A stretch of DNA of 64,000 nt, taken from Dicyema japonicum. Its lineage: Eukaryota; Animalia; Dicyemida. The DNA is taken from the NCBI GenBank assembly GCA_011109175.1, contig RDEW01000013.1, positions 1,122,767 through 1,186,766 of the forward strand. The letters are read 5' to 3'. Positions 37,790 through 52,240 of this stretch are shown here, piece by piece; positions within the stretch are counted from its first letter, which is position 1, and each line of letters begins with the position of its first letter. The position numbers and the translations under genes were made by a program. The notes beneath the pieces were generated by a model that ran no database searches, was not told where the DNA came from, and worked only from the letters and a program-made list of their open reading frames with translations.

Positions 37790-38055
37790 TGCTTGCTTGT
37801 CTGTTCCTCCTCTCTCTTCCTATTAGAGTGGCGTCATGTGATTCACCTGTCTAGGTGACGCCCAGTCCCAGGCCGGCACAAAAAATGATCATTTGATCTT
37901 CCCTCTCCACTGGAGGGGTTTCCACAACTACATGTAATGGACGTCTTACCTTTTATGCTGATTCCAGATGGACTCTGTCTCTGTAGATGTGGAAACTGAA
38001 TACACTTAATTAGTAGTTTACTTTAACTTCTTTCTTGGTGTATCCGGTGTTAATA
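37790..38055 (+). mobile_element. Orphan LINE 3'-UTR module
   Basis: Reverse-complement match to 12755-13030. Confidence 0.65.
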
Positions 38056-38059
38056 AATT

Positions 38060-39170
38060 AAATTAACTTTGTGTCTTGTCGAATACTCGAAAAGGTTTCA
38101 CCCATTGCGGAAAGGAACGAAAAGAGCTATCAACTTTTCTCCACCTCTTGGGGCTTCCAGTAACTATGTGCTTCCGACTACGTCTGGTGTCATAATTGTT
38201 TTGGACTTTTGATCCTTCTATGTGGCGACATTGAAACAAAGCCATGGAGACTTAATTATAAGGAAGATTCTCGAACTTTGAGCTCTTCTCTCCGCAAATC
38301 GAGCTGACCTTGCTAACATCCTCCACGCCAACATTTTTCTTCCAAGAATACATAGTGATCCGTAAGGACAATCAGGGAAGACCAGGTGAAGGACTACTCG
38401 ATTATAAAGAACGGCATACTTTTCATTGACGTGAGTTGACGGACCTCCGATCCTTTGAGCTCAGACAATACCATGGAGCAGATCACCTTCAACATGGAGC
38501 TGTTCCCGTTTTTTGGATTAATTTGATTAACCCATACATCCTACCAAAAGCATCCTGTCCAAAATCCAACACCTCAAACATACCCCGCCTCTCAGTATTA
38601 AAGAACATTTTAATATGCGGCGACCTAAATGCCCGACACCCCGTTAGGCTTGCTTCACAATTTCTGACAGCTGAGGCGAGTTCATCGCAAATGGTCTTGT
38701 TAATATAATTATCCTGAATGACTTTAAATTAGACACAAGAATCCCAATCCCATCGTCCTTTTTAAGAAGATTTCGGAGACTCCGGACATTGCAGACAGAA
38801 ACGAAAAGTTTCAAGAACTATAAGAAGGTTGACTGGCATGGCATCTCTAACTTCGTTGATATGGAATTGGTCAACGGGCTACCATCCCATAAACGGTTCA
38901 ATAGATGAAGCCGCAAAAATCAAAAGTGTGGTTATTCAAAGGCATACAACATATTTATTCCTCTCTTTTATACCTACCCTCAATTTCCGGAGACTTACAC
39001 TCATAATACGAAAAAACCTTATGAAAACATGCTATCCGACGGAGTTGAAATCTATCGGAAAACAAAATAAAAGTATCAACAAAAACATAATAGATCACTA
39101 GGCTCAGAGATGGTGTCTGTCATCAAATGAGTCTTGAAGGCTCGAAAACCGGAGGGAGAAACTGCTTCGT
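38060..39170 (+). mobile_element. Second copy of the 2A-like/APE LINE 5' region
   Basis: Near-identical to 25185-26350 (LILLCGDIETKP, LICGDLNARHP). Confidence 0.85.
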
Positions 39171-39189
39171 ACTTGCAGAAAATATTATT

Positions 39190-39992
39190 TGTCAAGACAC
39201 CCGCACTTGTTTAAAAATATTTCATTGACCAAAAGCACAGTTGCTGAACACATTAATAAAATGTCTTTGAATTTGAAAAACCAATTAAAGGCTGAATTGT
39301 TAAAATTTGACTATTTCATTCAATTGTCGACTTTGTTGGAATTGTACAATTTGCAATCCTTTTAGAGACTGTGATTCAGATTTTAACATTAATGTAGAAT
39401 TTCTCGAACTGAGACCAATTCACGAGACTACGACAAGTTAAGACATCTTTGTTAAACTACTAAAAATTCTTTGTATATGGGCTTGATTTGAAGAAGCCTG
39501 TACGTCTTTGCTCTTAGTAAACTGCTGATATTAATAATCAGTTCAGCGAAATTCCTTTTTATACTCGATTCCTCTGGTTATCATTTCAGAAAGTTGTTAA
39601 AAGATTTTATTTGTTGGAATACTTGCTTTCCTTTCATATCTTCCTGGAAAGTTTAAAAAAATTCAAAAATTTGCGACGAAAAATAATACTATGTTGGGTT
39701 CGACATATGTTTTTGTACAACTTCTATTTATGAAATTGACAAAAACTGGTCAAAAAGCAAGACTCACTGATGAAAAATTTATCCGCTTAATAAAAGTCGG
39801 AACCACACGAATGGCTGCGCCCGACATATCAAAAATTGTATCCAAAAAAAAAATTAAAGGGTGTTGATTAAATAATTAAGTTTCTCTTATTTTGTTTTTT
39901 ATTAAAATATATTTTAATACATATCAGAACTAATCTTCCCTTGATAAGAAATTATTATAAATGCGGCCCTCGAAGAAAATGAGTTTGACACC
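39190..39992 (+). mobile_element. Internally deleted SPIN/Charlie-like hAT relic with right TIR
   Basis: LKNQLKAE..KFDYF..., FLELRPIHETT, MLGSTY..., RLTD; GCGGCCCTCGAAGAAAATGAGTTTGACACC end at 39963-39992. Confidence 0.7.
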
Positions 39993-40699
39993 TTTTTTAG
40001 GCTCATTCTTCGCAGGTCCTGAAAGCCGCCGATTAACTGAAAAACTCAAACATGTCGGGCCATAATTCTCGATGTCTCAACAGAGATTGGCTGAAAACCG
40101 ACGGGTACTTGCTCTTTGGAATCTTTCAACAAGAAAGTCATCTTAGAACTCACGCGCAACGATGAATGACGCACTTTAACTATCCATGTTGAAACTATTT
40201 TTGTCCAACAACAGCCTGCCGCCAAGAGTAGTCATGTATTCATCAGTTAAAAAACAGCCTGGGCAGAACTCACACTTTATCCAAGGCATTGAAAATGTTC
40301 TTGACTTCTCGTTTTTTCTTTTTTGCTTGTGTGTGAGTGCTAAGACAATCAGCTACAGCAGTGATGAAACACTGATGACGGCATCACTTGTCAGCCCACT
40401 CGTTCTCTGTCCAATCAAGAATAAATATCCTTAATCCCTTTATTAAGCTTAACACCAGACTGTAGAACATCGACTTCGTTTCTACACGAGACAATCATAA
40501 AGTCCAGAGTTTTTTGAACTAAATTAATTTTAATTTTTTTTATTTAAAAAGTAAGTATTTTTTTATTTAAATTTATAACAGTTATTGCACGTTGCGTGTG
40601 TTTTTTAGGGATCAAGACTTCCAGGCAACGACGAGAGTAGAACATTTCCTGAACTGTTTGCTTTTGTGGCTGAACGAAATACGAAGGACTATCAGCCGT

Positions 40700-41130
40700 T
40701 AGAAATCCGTTAAATTCCTATTCACCAAAATGTTAAACAAGTCAATTGAAGCTAAACAATGTGATAAAAGGATTAACCTACTGAAAAGATTAATGAATCA
40801 ATGGAAAATCAGGAACGATCCCGTACATAAAACGCTTTACATTGAGCCATTCATTTCATATGCATGTGCCACACGGGGACCCTACATCGGACTAATTTTA
40901 GAAATCGTGACTATTCAAAATGGCTTTTTGGGGAGTCAGAGAAATGGTCTACAGACAAAAAGAACATGATACCGACAACCTTGAGGGAATAACAGAAGAG
41001 GCTTGATCAACGTGATCGGGAGACAACCTGACCTAAACGAAGCTGTTTAGGATTAACAGAAGAAAATCAATTCTACCTGAGATTTTGTCGAGATCATATA
41101 GTTTGTTTTTTAGTTTAACGATGGTCTTTG
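40700..41130 (+). mobile_element. I/Jockey-like LINE 3' fragment
   Basis: CDKRINLLKRL...YIEPFISYACATRGP; same family as 850-1290. Confidence 0.7.
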
Positions 41131-41929
41131 AATGCAGTAGTCTATTAATTTATTTTTACTTGTTTTCCATGAAAATTCATTCATGACAACGATGAAATTA
41201 AAAATTCTGTGTTATTCGCTCGATTTAGGTAGTGAGTGAAGAAATGATTGTGTCTAGACATTAAGCCAGCAGTAGGTATTGGGAGGAAAATTTTTTATGT
41301 TTCTTCATGGAAATAATTACACGGTGGCAACGCTTACTATAGCGAAAACGGACAATGTCCCCTGAGAACGTCCGTCATTGGTAGCTACGTTCCTGTTAGC
41401 CACCAGCTTCTGTCACATTGATAGGACTTGTTGGTAAATAAAGACAATATAGAAGTTGGTTTAGTCTTACATCCGAATGTTGACGAGGATATTCGACAAT
41501 AGTCTTTAAAATATCGGTTTCATACATGTGAGTGTCAATCATCTTATATTTGATTCCCTGTAGATAAACTTCAGAATTTTTAAAATTGTGTTGTTTGCAC
41601 CATCTTACATCGGTATGTTAAAAATTTAAATTTTTGAAGCATTTCTCTTTACATAAATCATGATACAGATTATTTAGCACTGAACTGAAACTTAATCACA
41701 AGAAATATGTTAGATTTAATTATAATTGGAAGAAGTAAAGAAAAGTACGGTGATGCGATCAACAAAATCGTCCTTGAGTTTCTTGTACTTATTAGTCCAT
41801 GGGAATCCGCTATTAACAATTTCCTAAGAGAAATGTCGTCAGTCACTTAGCAAACCAAAAATTATATATTTTTGTTCGTTATTGACCAAAGAACGTTTTA
41901 TTAACTAAGGTCCCGTTTGCCACACGTTT

Positions 41930-43140
41930 AGAAAATTGCTTCACTAGGCGTCTGCTTTGCGCATCTGTCCGTAGATCTTCTAGGTCTTCTGCAGATTTAA
42001 GTTTTCCTCCAATTCCATTAAGATCCTTCTTTAGAGCATGGGGAGGGTGCTTCTAGGCCTTCCTCTGAAAGATGGTTTGTTCTCATTGTTAAAGTAATTG
42101 TACATTATTATATTTGCAGAGGCGTTTATGTCCATTCTAAGCACGTGCCCAAACAATCTCCTCTTGATTTAATAATGTCGATGCTTATTGGCCTCGATTG
42201 TACCTCAGAGTATAATTTCTTACTTGAAATCTTCCTGGATAAACCTAGGCCCATTAAATTGCGTAATTGTATTCGATGAAATATATCCATTTTCTTGAGA
42301 TCTATCTTTGTGACCCCCCATGTACCCAAGTTGTACATAAGCACCGAGTTTATTTATGAATTCTATAGTCTTAATCTTAGCATTGTTTTTATTAGTTTTC
42401 GTCCTCTCAAAATCTTCTGCAATTTCTTATACATGGCAGTGGCTAGAACTCTTCGATACATCCTCACTATCACCAAATAAGGATCCCAATTTCCTTTTTT
42501 TCCTCCAACTTTCGTCAATATATTTTGATTCCCTTCTGATTCTTGTGTTTTCAGTCTTTTCCTGATTAACTCGCAGACCAATTCTTAAATTTGCCAGGGA
42601 TTTTCACTAAAGAAAGTCCAAGTTCCAGATCATTTTCTGACAAAAAATCTATGTCATCTGCACATATAATCTCCATCCGCATGCATCCTTCACATTTTGT
42701 TCTAGAGCTCTCAATGCCGCTTCCAGGTATACGACGAATGACCATCTTCCCTTATGTAGTCAAAAAATCATTATGTTGGAAAGGATTTAGTTCACTGGAC
42801 TATATGAACCAGTCTTTACTGAACACGTATATATTACTATTATTATTAAATCTAGGATCCATAATATTTACCACCTCCCAAATACCATTATTCAAGATTA
42901 CTCAATTGGTCTCAATGGTGTTGGCTTAGGCACTTTAATTACATATCAAAACACGTTTCTTGATCCCTCGCTGTGTTCACCTTCTATTATCACAACGACT
43001 AACTGGAATGTCAGATATGATCTAGCTCATGACGACAACAAAATCATCATTGCTCTATCGTCCCTCATACAATGAGGCAGACCTTTGTTAGCTATAAAAA
43101 GGCGAAATAGGAAGTTTTGAGGCAAAGTCCAATAATTGGA
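41930..43140 (-). mobile_element. Degraded RTE-clade LINE (second subfamily), internally deleted
   Basis: Minus strand ICADDI (~42660) and LMYNLGTWGVTKIDLKKMDIFHRIQLR; its 5' part matches 51830-52240. Confidence 0.7.
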
Positions 43141-44897
43141 CCAGTAGAATAGAATAATTGAATAGAATAGAATAATTGGAATAGAATGGAATAATTGGAC
43201 CAGTAGCAGTTGGCCTGCCAATATTTGGTGGACGTGGAGGTGGTGCCACTGGTGCTACTTTCATGTTCTCAAGTCGAAGGAGTTTAAAGGAGAAGATCCA
43301 CATTACAAGGGCTATATTACAAGACGAAGGAACCTATTGACTGCAAGGGATTTTTTTCAAGGCGAAGAAACGTATTACAAGTCGAATGAACTTATTCTAC
43401 AAGACGAAGGAACATATTACAACGTGGAGAAACATACTACAGGCCGATTGGACATATTCTACAAAAACGAAGGAACCTTTTGGAGGACGCAGTAGCCAAA
43501 GGGTCAAAACTCCAGATATTTTCCAAGTTGGACCTAGAACCCACACCAATTGATCCCTACATTCGTATCCGGGTCTACACGGGACTTTGTTATCCATGCC
43601 ATTGATCCTTACAGGACCTGGGACTACTGTGGATGTCATACTAGAGTGGGACTTACAGGGGGTACTCACACCATTTGTTCCCTACATTCGAATTGGGATC
43701 TACACAGGACTTTATTAACCACATCATCGGTCCCTGCAGGACGGTTTAGGACCACCGTGGAATAACATAATGGGGAAAGGGCCTACAAAAGGAGAACTAA
43801 CAGGAGATGGGCGTACTGGCTTTGTACCTACAACGTTCTGAAGATAAATTAGTAATTGGATGAAAATCAAGGATAAGTGTACCCGGATGAACAGTCCAGG
43901 CCAACCGGCGGACTGGTGAACAGTCCAGTTACCTATTCCATAACTTGTTGTTTAATTTATTTTCATTTTATTTTTTGAGGCAAAATGGAAAAATCCTTAA
44001 ATTACTTATCTATAATAAATTACTTCCACAGATATTAGTGGGCTTTTTTTTACTCTTATATTGTCGACTAACAAGAAATTAATACCCAAAGGATATATCT
44101 AGGACGAACGAAAGTGGTGTTTGTCTTTGCATTACCATGCACCTCACTTGGGACACTATTGGATGACGACGCAAACAAGGGTTGGGGTTTCCGACCGCCT
44201 CGAAATAGATGTTTGCACGATACATCGCTGTAAATTTGAAAGAATGGTCCACACGAAAAGTCGTCACGCTATTTCCTGCCAGAGGAGTGCTAGAAAAAGT
44301 CCAATACACGCTGCAATCTACGAAGTTATTGTTGGGGAATTGATGCTGCTGGATTTCCTGTTCAATTGTAGCCATTCGGACTCGACCCATTTAACGAAAG
44401 ACCGGACGAAACTACTCTCTTCCCATGGGAATGCTGTAGATACCAAGGACGCCACCTCTGTGGATAGCATCTCTCTTCAATTTTGTTTTGCCAGCAACTA
44501 ACCCAGGCTTTTCTTCGGAGAAAGCTGGGATCCCAAAGATGAGGAAATACGTATGTCTCTGTTAACAGTTTATCTTTGAACCATTGGCTGTGGGAACGTC
44601 AGGAATCATAGGAAGCAGGTTACTTGTCCTACTAAACAGAATCGGTTCCGTCATTGCAAAAAAATAATTGGAGACAAAAGAACTGGCACATTGAGCACAC
44701 TTTTTTTGCAGATCATCAGGGGAATTGCTTTCTCGATTATAAGAGTACCAGTAGTTGTTAACTGTTAGTTTTTGCATTAACCTGTTTTTATTTAAAAAAG
44801 AATGTAGTCACTTAATTAGTCCAGCTAATATGAAAAAATAGTGAATGAACCCAATATTATTAAAACCCAAAATAACCGATAATTTATTATGAAGTAA

Positions 44898-45571
44898 CTA
44901 TAATTGAGAATATCTTCTGTTATATTTAAACAAGAAAATAATAGTAACAATCAATGAGAATGAAGCAGTTACAACTACAGCCATTATATATTTGTTTTCT
45001 AAATTTAAATTAATATTACTGAATGCATCAAAGTATGTTAAACTTCGAGTACTATGAGTCATAATAGTCTTTAATTTCGTACTTAAAGGAACATGTGATG
45101 TTAATTTTTTTGGTTTAAATTCTACAAATTATATTTTATAGTACTTTTTATATGACTATGAGTAGTAGTTAATTTTTTATTCAAAAGGGGTGGTGAATTG
45201 AATCGGAGATCTTTTTCAAAATCACATCCCTGGGCTAAATATTAGTTAAAATAATTACCATTTCCTGTAAATATTTTATTATTATCTGTTTTAAAAAGTT
45301 GCATTTTCATATCTTTTATTTTAATTGTTCCGTAATTAGGTTTTGTTATAACTATTTCACTGCAGTTATAATAACCGTTATTAAAATTTTCGAAGCTGGA
45401 GTATACATAAATGTCTGACGTGAAATCAATCTTAATCCATACGAAACATACATTATATTTGATACAATGTAAAATAATATTTTGAATTCTATATAATTTT
45501 TCTGCCATTTGAGGTAACCAGATAATTGATCACTAATATAAAAATCAAAATATGCGTCGATTAAATTTTCA
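44898..45571 (-). pseudogene. LAMP-like gene copy 3 (class B), 5'-truncated and frameshifted
   Basis: Closely matches copy 5 but lacks exons 1-2 (junction with the duplicated block at ~45572) and has a 1-nt deletion near 45380. Confidence 0.78.
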
Positions 45572-45944
45572 GATTAAGATCGAGATTGACCCAGACCTCC
45601 CACTCTCCAATATGTAACCTGTTCTCTGAGAAATGCTGTCGCGAAAATGATTTACACTTTCCGAGATGGAACGTGCAAATTTAATAAGCTAAATTAAAAA
45701 AGATTTCTTTCTAGCGGGTCTAATCAACACTAGGAATCATGGTGAACGCGAGAGTCTGCGTATCATGATTGCTTTTCTCAGATTCGACGTATTGACCCGC
45801 ACATGTGACGTTTAAAGAAATCTTCGTTTTAGGCGTGAATGAGCATCAATAAATTTACGGTTTCGCGTTTTGTATTTTCTGACTATTCGACTTTGATAAA
45901 TTTACTTAAAAATTATTTTGATGTCCATAATATGACTAAATTGT

Positions 45945-46251
45945 ATAATATCGCACTTTCCGAAGAACCATATCAGTTATCGCTCCCCACAGGCAGAACA
46001 CAGACTTTATTTAAGCAAAGAAAAGTAATAATAGCTAAGCGAGGGAGGATCAAGGCTCTTTACTTTTTGTTTTTTTTCTTGGGTATGTCCTTTTAGACTA
46101 TCCAGTTCCACAGTGAATGTCTACTGATGAAGGCGTCACTTGCAAGCCTTTTTTAGCATCGTAGATGCGTGGAATTCCAAGGTGAACACAGCGAGAATCG
46201 AATTCGTGACCAAAGCCACTTTGCCCGACACCAACCAGTATGCCACCCGAC
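45945..46251 (-). mobile_element. tRNA-derived SINE (duplicate of 31615-31927)
   Basis: Same head, core and tail, inside the segmental duplication. Confidence 0.85.
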
Positions 46252-46630
46252 TAAATTGTATAATCGCATTAATGAAATTTGTTAATAAAAAAGCCAAATA
46301 ATAAACAGGTCATTTAGTGAAATATACATTTAATTTTAAAAAGCAATAATTGAATAATTAGTCATTATTTTACCTATAATACATAGTAATTATGCGTGTG
46401 ACCAGAATAGTTATATGTCTATCGAAATACAAAGTTTAGTCACTATCATTCTCAAAATATTTTGATGCCTGGCTAATTTCAGAAGCTATGTTTTCCTTCA
46501 GTTGATCATTGTGGATATTTAGCGAAAGAACTCATCGTCAATTACTCGACAGGGATCAAAACTACATGAATTATAAACTAAATATTAGTCGAATAATGAA
46601 TTTGTAAGTCATTATTATAATGGAATAATA

Positions 46631-47477
46631 TTAATAATTGAATTTGCCAATCGCTAATGAATAATAACGCCTTCTTCTTTTGTATTGTAGTATGAAAGCG
46701 AAAGCAATGATCAGGATAATAACACAAATTCCTATTAAATATTTGATTTCTAAATTAAAATTATTATTACTGAGAGGATGAGAGTTTATTTTATTTAAAG
46801 TAACATGAGTTGTTCTATAACTTTGAGTTGTAGTTGTAGTTAATTTTTTATTCAAATGAGGTGTTGACTTGAATCGAAGATCTCTTTCAAAATCACACCC
46901 GTGGGCTAAATGTCAGATACAATAATAACCTTTTCCTGTAAATATTGTATTATTATCTGTTTTAAATAGTTGCATTTTCATATCTTTTATTTTTATAATT
47001 CCATAATTAGGAATTGTTACAACTATTTCACTGCAGTTATAATAACCGTTAATTAAAATTTTCGAAGCTGGAGTATACATAAATGTTTGACGTGAAATCA
47101 ATCTTAATTCCCAGAAAACAAATATTTTATTCGATACAATGTTAAATAATATTCTGAAATTTATATCATTTTTAATCCATTTAAGGTGACCAAATAAATG
47201 TTCACTAAAATAATAATTAAAAGATGCGTCGATTAAATTATCATTTTTAATCTTTTATTAAATAAAATGTGATTACAGTATTATTAATTTTGTGTTCAAC
47301 TTCTATTATTCCACTGAATAACGCTACAACTTTATCGTTCTTTACTCCACCCCACAAAGGTACATCATCATACAACTTTTCAAAAGTATCAACATTCCAC
47401 AACACATCAGTATTGCATACTAAACACGTATATATTCCTATTATTAATTTATTTTGTAAACCTAGTAATTGGAACAT
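46631..47477 (-). CDS. LAMP-like type I membrane glycoprotein, class A, copy 4 (257 aa)
   Basis: Same span (847 nt) and intron positions as copy 1; spliced frame open; tail KRRRRYYSLAIGKFNY. Confidence 0.78.
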
Positions 47478-47624
47478 TCTCACAGCAATTGTTCTAATTT
47501 TAAATCAAATAATTATTTAAATTAAATAGAAACAAATTTAAATAAAATAAAGATTAATTTTTAATTGTTTGATAAATATTATGTGACATACTGGATTGAT
47601 TAAGAAATGAATATTTATATGCAG

Positions 47625-49004
47625 AGTTTTTCAATCAGAAGGGACCCTAGAATTCAAAGAGTATCTTGATACCTGTACAGAAGGCGAATAAACCAAGATC
47701 TAAGGTGGAGAACCTCCGTCCGGTCATATTAATGAATTCACTTCGGAAAATTCTGGCGAACATAACATTACAAAGGATGGAAGGACGCCTAGATACTTTT
47801 CTGTCGCTATACCACAGCGGATTCTGAAAAGGAAGATCTACTTCCGATGTTTTGTGGTCCCACAAGTGGAGATCTGCGGCCGTTCAAAAGTTCAAAATAT
47901 CTACAACCATCCTCGGAATCGACATTTCGAGGGCCTTCGACTCTGTCGACAGACGGAGGCTAATACTGGTTTTGGAAAGTTTCCTAGACGCTTCCACTGT
48001 CAGAATGGCCACCACCCTCCTAGCTGATACTTGACTCACTGTATGAGTCGGGGAGCCTTGTCTCGCCGATTTGAGACGACTGCTGGCACTCCAGGGAGAC
48101 CCATTATCACCTATACTTTTTGTCATATACCTTGAAGCTGCTTTACGGAAGGCAAAACCGATAATGGGTGAAAAGACAAACATTATTGCGTATGCTGACG
48201 ACGTAGACTTTATTTCAAACGACAAAATACCGCTCACCCGCTTGATGGAAGAAGTGTCTGGATGACTAGCCGAATGGTTCCTAACAGTAAATCCGGACAA
48301 GACTGACGAAACTGAACTCAAGAGGGAAAAAACAAGGACGGAGGAGTACTGGCGCAAATGCAAAAAGCTTGGCTCCCTCCTAGGAGACCATGAAGAAATT
48401 ACGAGAAGGAAAACCCTAGCACAAACTGCCCTCTCCAGATTAAAGAACACCTGGCTCCACAAAAAGGGCCTTGACATTATAACAAAAACTCGATTATACA
48501 ACTCGCTAGTGAAACCCATACTACTGTATAACGCTGGTACTTGGGCCTGCTCAAGAAATGAACTGAGAGGCTTAATGCGTTTCATAGAGACCAACTACGG
48601 CATATGATGTTCGAAAGAAGTGATACGAGGATGTCATCTAATCTTTTTTATAAGAGGACGAAGACCTCAGAAATTTCTAATGAGATTCTGGATACACGAT
48701 GGAGGCTTTTCGGCCATATTCTGCGACTGGACCTAGATGCCCCGCGAAACGTAGCCATGGAGAATTACTTCATGTTGGAGGCCCCCCGTTTCCGTGGTCG
48801 CCCAAGGACGACACTGGCAGTCGTTCTCGACGAGGACCTCAAAGAAATGGGACGGCATCTTGGAAGTGGAGAGGATCTTGACTGGTTGCGCACTGCGGCT
48901 TTGAATAGGAGGAAGTGGATGAAACTAACCAGTGATTTGCTAACTCGTGTTGCACCTGCTTTGTCAAGTCCTATGACATAGCGATAAGTGTTTATAATAA
49001 TAAT
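47625..49004 (+). mobile_element. Duplicate of the truncated RTE with the same 15-bp TSD
   Basis: TSD AATATTTATATGCAG at 47610-47624 and 49005-49019; a few private stops and indels. Confidence 0.93.
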
Positions 49005-50695
49005 AATATTTATATGCAGGCATCAGCTATTGCATTCATTTCAAATTAGGGTTAAAGATTAGGATTGTGTTATGCATTGGGTATTAAGATAAGTCCACAT
49101 GTCAGATAATACTGTCTCAAATATTGTAGATGATTTAATATAAACATAGAATAAAAGTAACGTCAATATAAATGACGTTGTGACGTTTTGTTTAATCTGT
49201 TTCTGTAGAAGTGGAAACTGGATACAATTAACTAGTTTTTTTCTTTCACTTCTTTCTCAGTTTATCTTGGGTTAATAAATAATTTAAATTCATCGGTTCT
49301 GAAGGTTTATTTTAATGAGTTTTAGGATTTCGAAAATTAGCAGAATGGTGAAACTTCATTTCGTTCCCCATGCACGCTTGAGATATTGTGGAGCAGTGGA
49401 GAATTGAGATATTATAGCAGCAGTTGTAGAGTCAGCTATCTCAGCACTATCAGCACATGGGTTAGAACCGATTCCGTATGAATGTGAAATCATAATCGTT
49501 GCTTGGGCAGAGACGATATTGTCCGTGCTGAGGCTACGATTTTTATTTTCTCCTGGATCTCTTGATCACCCGAATCGAAATTGCAATTTCTTTCTGGTAT
49601 CCTCTATACGGTAGTAACATATCCAACTCTGGAAAAGAAAAATGCATTTTTTGATGACTGCCTTTCTATCTTCGACATAAGCTTCCAGTCTTCTCACACG
49701 GCAGATCCTAAGCTATTTTTTCTGATCGGACGCTGAACCAGTGGCATGCATGGCTCGGAAAGTCTGGACGCGATTGAGTGTTAGATTCCCTAAGAACGCT
49801 AATAAAAAACGAGAATGGGACAAGCTTTTATTATCAAAGATCATAGAAGAGATAAAACCTGTGTTTGATCAGCATCTACTGGCTTGTCTGGATTCTGCAT
49901 CGACGAACGAAAGTAGTGTCTGTTTCAGTATTACCATGCACTTCACTTGGGACACTTTTGGATGACGACGCAAACGAGGGTTGGGGATTTCGTCCGCCTC
50001 GAAATAGATGTTTGCACGATACATCGCTGTAAATTTGAAAGAATGGTCCACACGAAAAGTCTTCACGCTATTTCCTGCCGGAGGAGTGCTAGAAGGAGTC
50101 CAATACACGCTGCAATCTACGAAGCTATTGTTGGGGAATTGATGCTGCTGGATCTCCTGTCCAATTAAAGCCACCCGGACTCGACCCATCCAACCAAAGA
50201 CCGGACGAAACTACTCTTTTCCCATGGGAATGCTGTAGATACCAAGGACGCCACCTCTGTGGATAGCATCTCTCTTCAATTTTGTTATGCCAGCAACTAA
50301 CCCAGGCTTTTCTTTGGAGAAGGCTGAAATCCCAAAGATGAGGAAATACGTATGTCTCTGTTAACAGTTTATCTTTGAACCAGTGGCTATGGGAACGTCA
50401 GGAATCATAGGAAGCAGGTCACTTGTCCAACTAAACAGAATCGGTTCCCTCATTGCAAAAAATAATTAAAGACAAAAGAGCTGGCACATTGAGCGCACTT
50501 TTTTTGCAGATCATCAGGGGAATTGCTTTCTCGATTATAAGAGCACCAGTAGTTGTTAACTGTTAGTTTTTGCATTAACCTGTTTTTATTTAAAAAAGAA
50601 TGAAGTCACTTAATTAGTCCAGCTAATATGAAAAAATAGTGAATGAACCCAATATTATTAAAACCCAAAATACCCGATAATTAATTATGAAGTAA

Positions 50696-51604
50696 CTATA
50701 ATTGAGAATATCTTCTGTTATATTTAAACGAGAAAATAATAGTAACAATCAATGAGAATGAACCAGTTACAACTAGAGCTATTATATATTTGTTTTCTAA
50801 ATTTAAATTAATATTACTGAAGGCATCAAAGTATGTTAAAATTCGAGTACTATGAGTCGTAATAGTCTTTAATTTCGTACTTAAAGGAACATGTGATGTT
50901 AATTTTTTTGATTTGAATTCTACAAATTATATTTTATAGTACTTTTTATATGACTATGAGTTGTAGTTAATTCTGTATTCAAAAGGGGTGGTGAATTGAA
51001 TCGGAGATCTTTTTCAAAATCACATCCCTGGGCTAAATATCAGTTAAAATAATTACCATTTCCTGTAAATATTTTATTATTATCTGTTTTAAAAAGTTGC
51101 ATTTTCATATCTTTTATTTTAATTGTTCCGTAATTAGGTTTTGTTATAACTATTTCACTGCAGTTATAATAACCGTTATTTAAAATTTTCGAAGCTGGAG
51201 TATACATAAATGTCTGACGTGAAATCAATCTTAATCCATACGAAACATACATTATATTTGATACAATGTAAAATAATATTTTGAATTCTATATAATTTTT
51301 CTGCCATTTGAGGTAACCAGATAATTGATCACTAATATAAAAATCAAAATATGCGTCGATTAAATTTTCATTTTTAATCTTTTATAAAATAAAATGTGAT
51401 TACAGTATTATTAAATTTATGTTCAACTTCAATTATTCCACTGAATAACGATACAACTTGATCTTTTTTTAATCCACCCCACAATGGTACATCATCATAC
51501 AACTGTTCAAAAGCATCAATATTCGGCAACACATCTCTATTGCATACTAAATACGTATATATTCCTATTATTAATTTATTTTGTAAACCTAGTAATTGGA
51601 ACAT
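50696..51604 (-). CDS. LAMP-like type I membrane glycoprotein, class B, copy 5 (270 aa)
   Basis: Introns 51565-51588, 51379-51403, 51033-51056, 50920-50942 (24/25/24/23 nt) give an 813-nt open CDS ending in a TM helix plus KYNRRYSQL*, a terminal YxxL typical of LAMP sorting tails. Confidence 0.82.
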
Positions 51605-51829
51605 CTCACAGCAATTGTTCTAATTATGAATTAAATCTTTTATTTAAATAAAATGGTAACTATTATTTTTTATTAAAATAAAGAATATTTTTATATTTTT
51701 TTGCTGCAATGAGATCCTCCGAACATCTTGAGATTTCGAACAAATCTGAATCTACTACTGAACATCAATAGAACTAAACCAAAACACGTGATGTAGACGA
51801 CTTTCGATGTTGTTCTCTGCCATGATGCA

Positions 51830-52240
51830 TAATATTTACTACCTCCCAAATACCAAGATTCATAGACTACTCAATTGGTCTCATGTTGGTTGCTTGGTCA
51901 CTCTTATTCATATATATCTCCCTCTGCAACTATCGCAACCATGTATTTCCAACTCACTTTCTATGACCTCAATGCTAATGACCCACACTGTCAATTGATT
52001 TAGTCCTCGAATGTTAGAACAGAACATCATTTCGTTATGTGTACTCACAATTAACAAAAAAATGTGGGACTGTTCCTGGAAATCCAAACAAGTTTCTTGA
52101 TCTCTCGATGTTTTATTTTTGCATTTAAAACATTGATTAACTTAAATATCATATATGATCTAGAACGTGACGACAACCCGATCATCATTGACATCCTCAT
52201 ACATTCAGATATCTATAAAAAGTCAGAAATTGAAAAAAAA
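51830..52240 (-). mobile_element. RTE-related fragment
   Basis: Matches 42870-43110 (CCTCCCAAATACCA..., GACGACAAC...ATCATCATTG). Confidence 0.55.
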
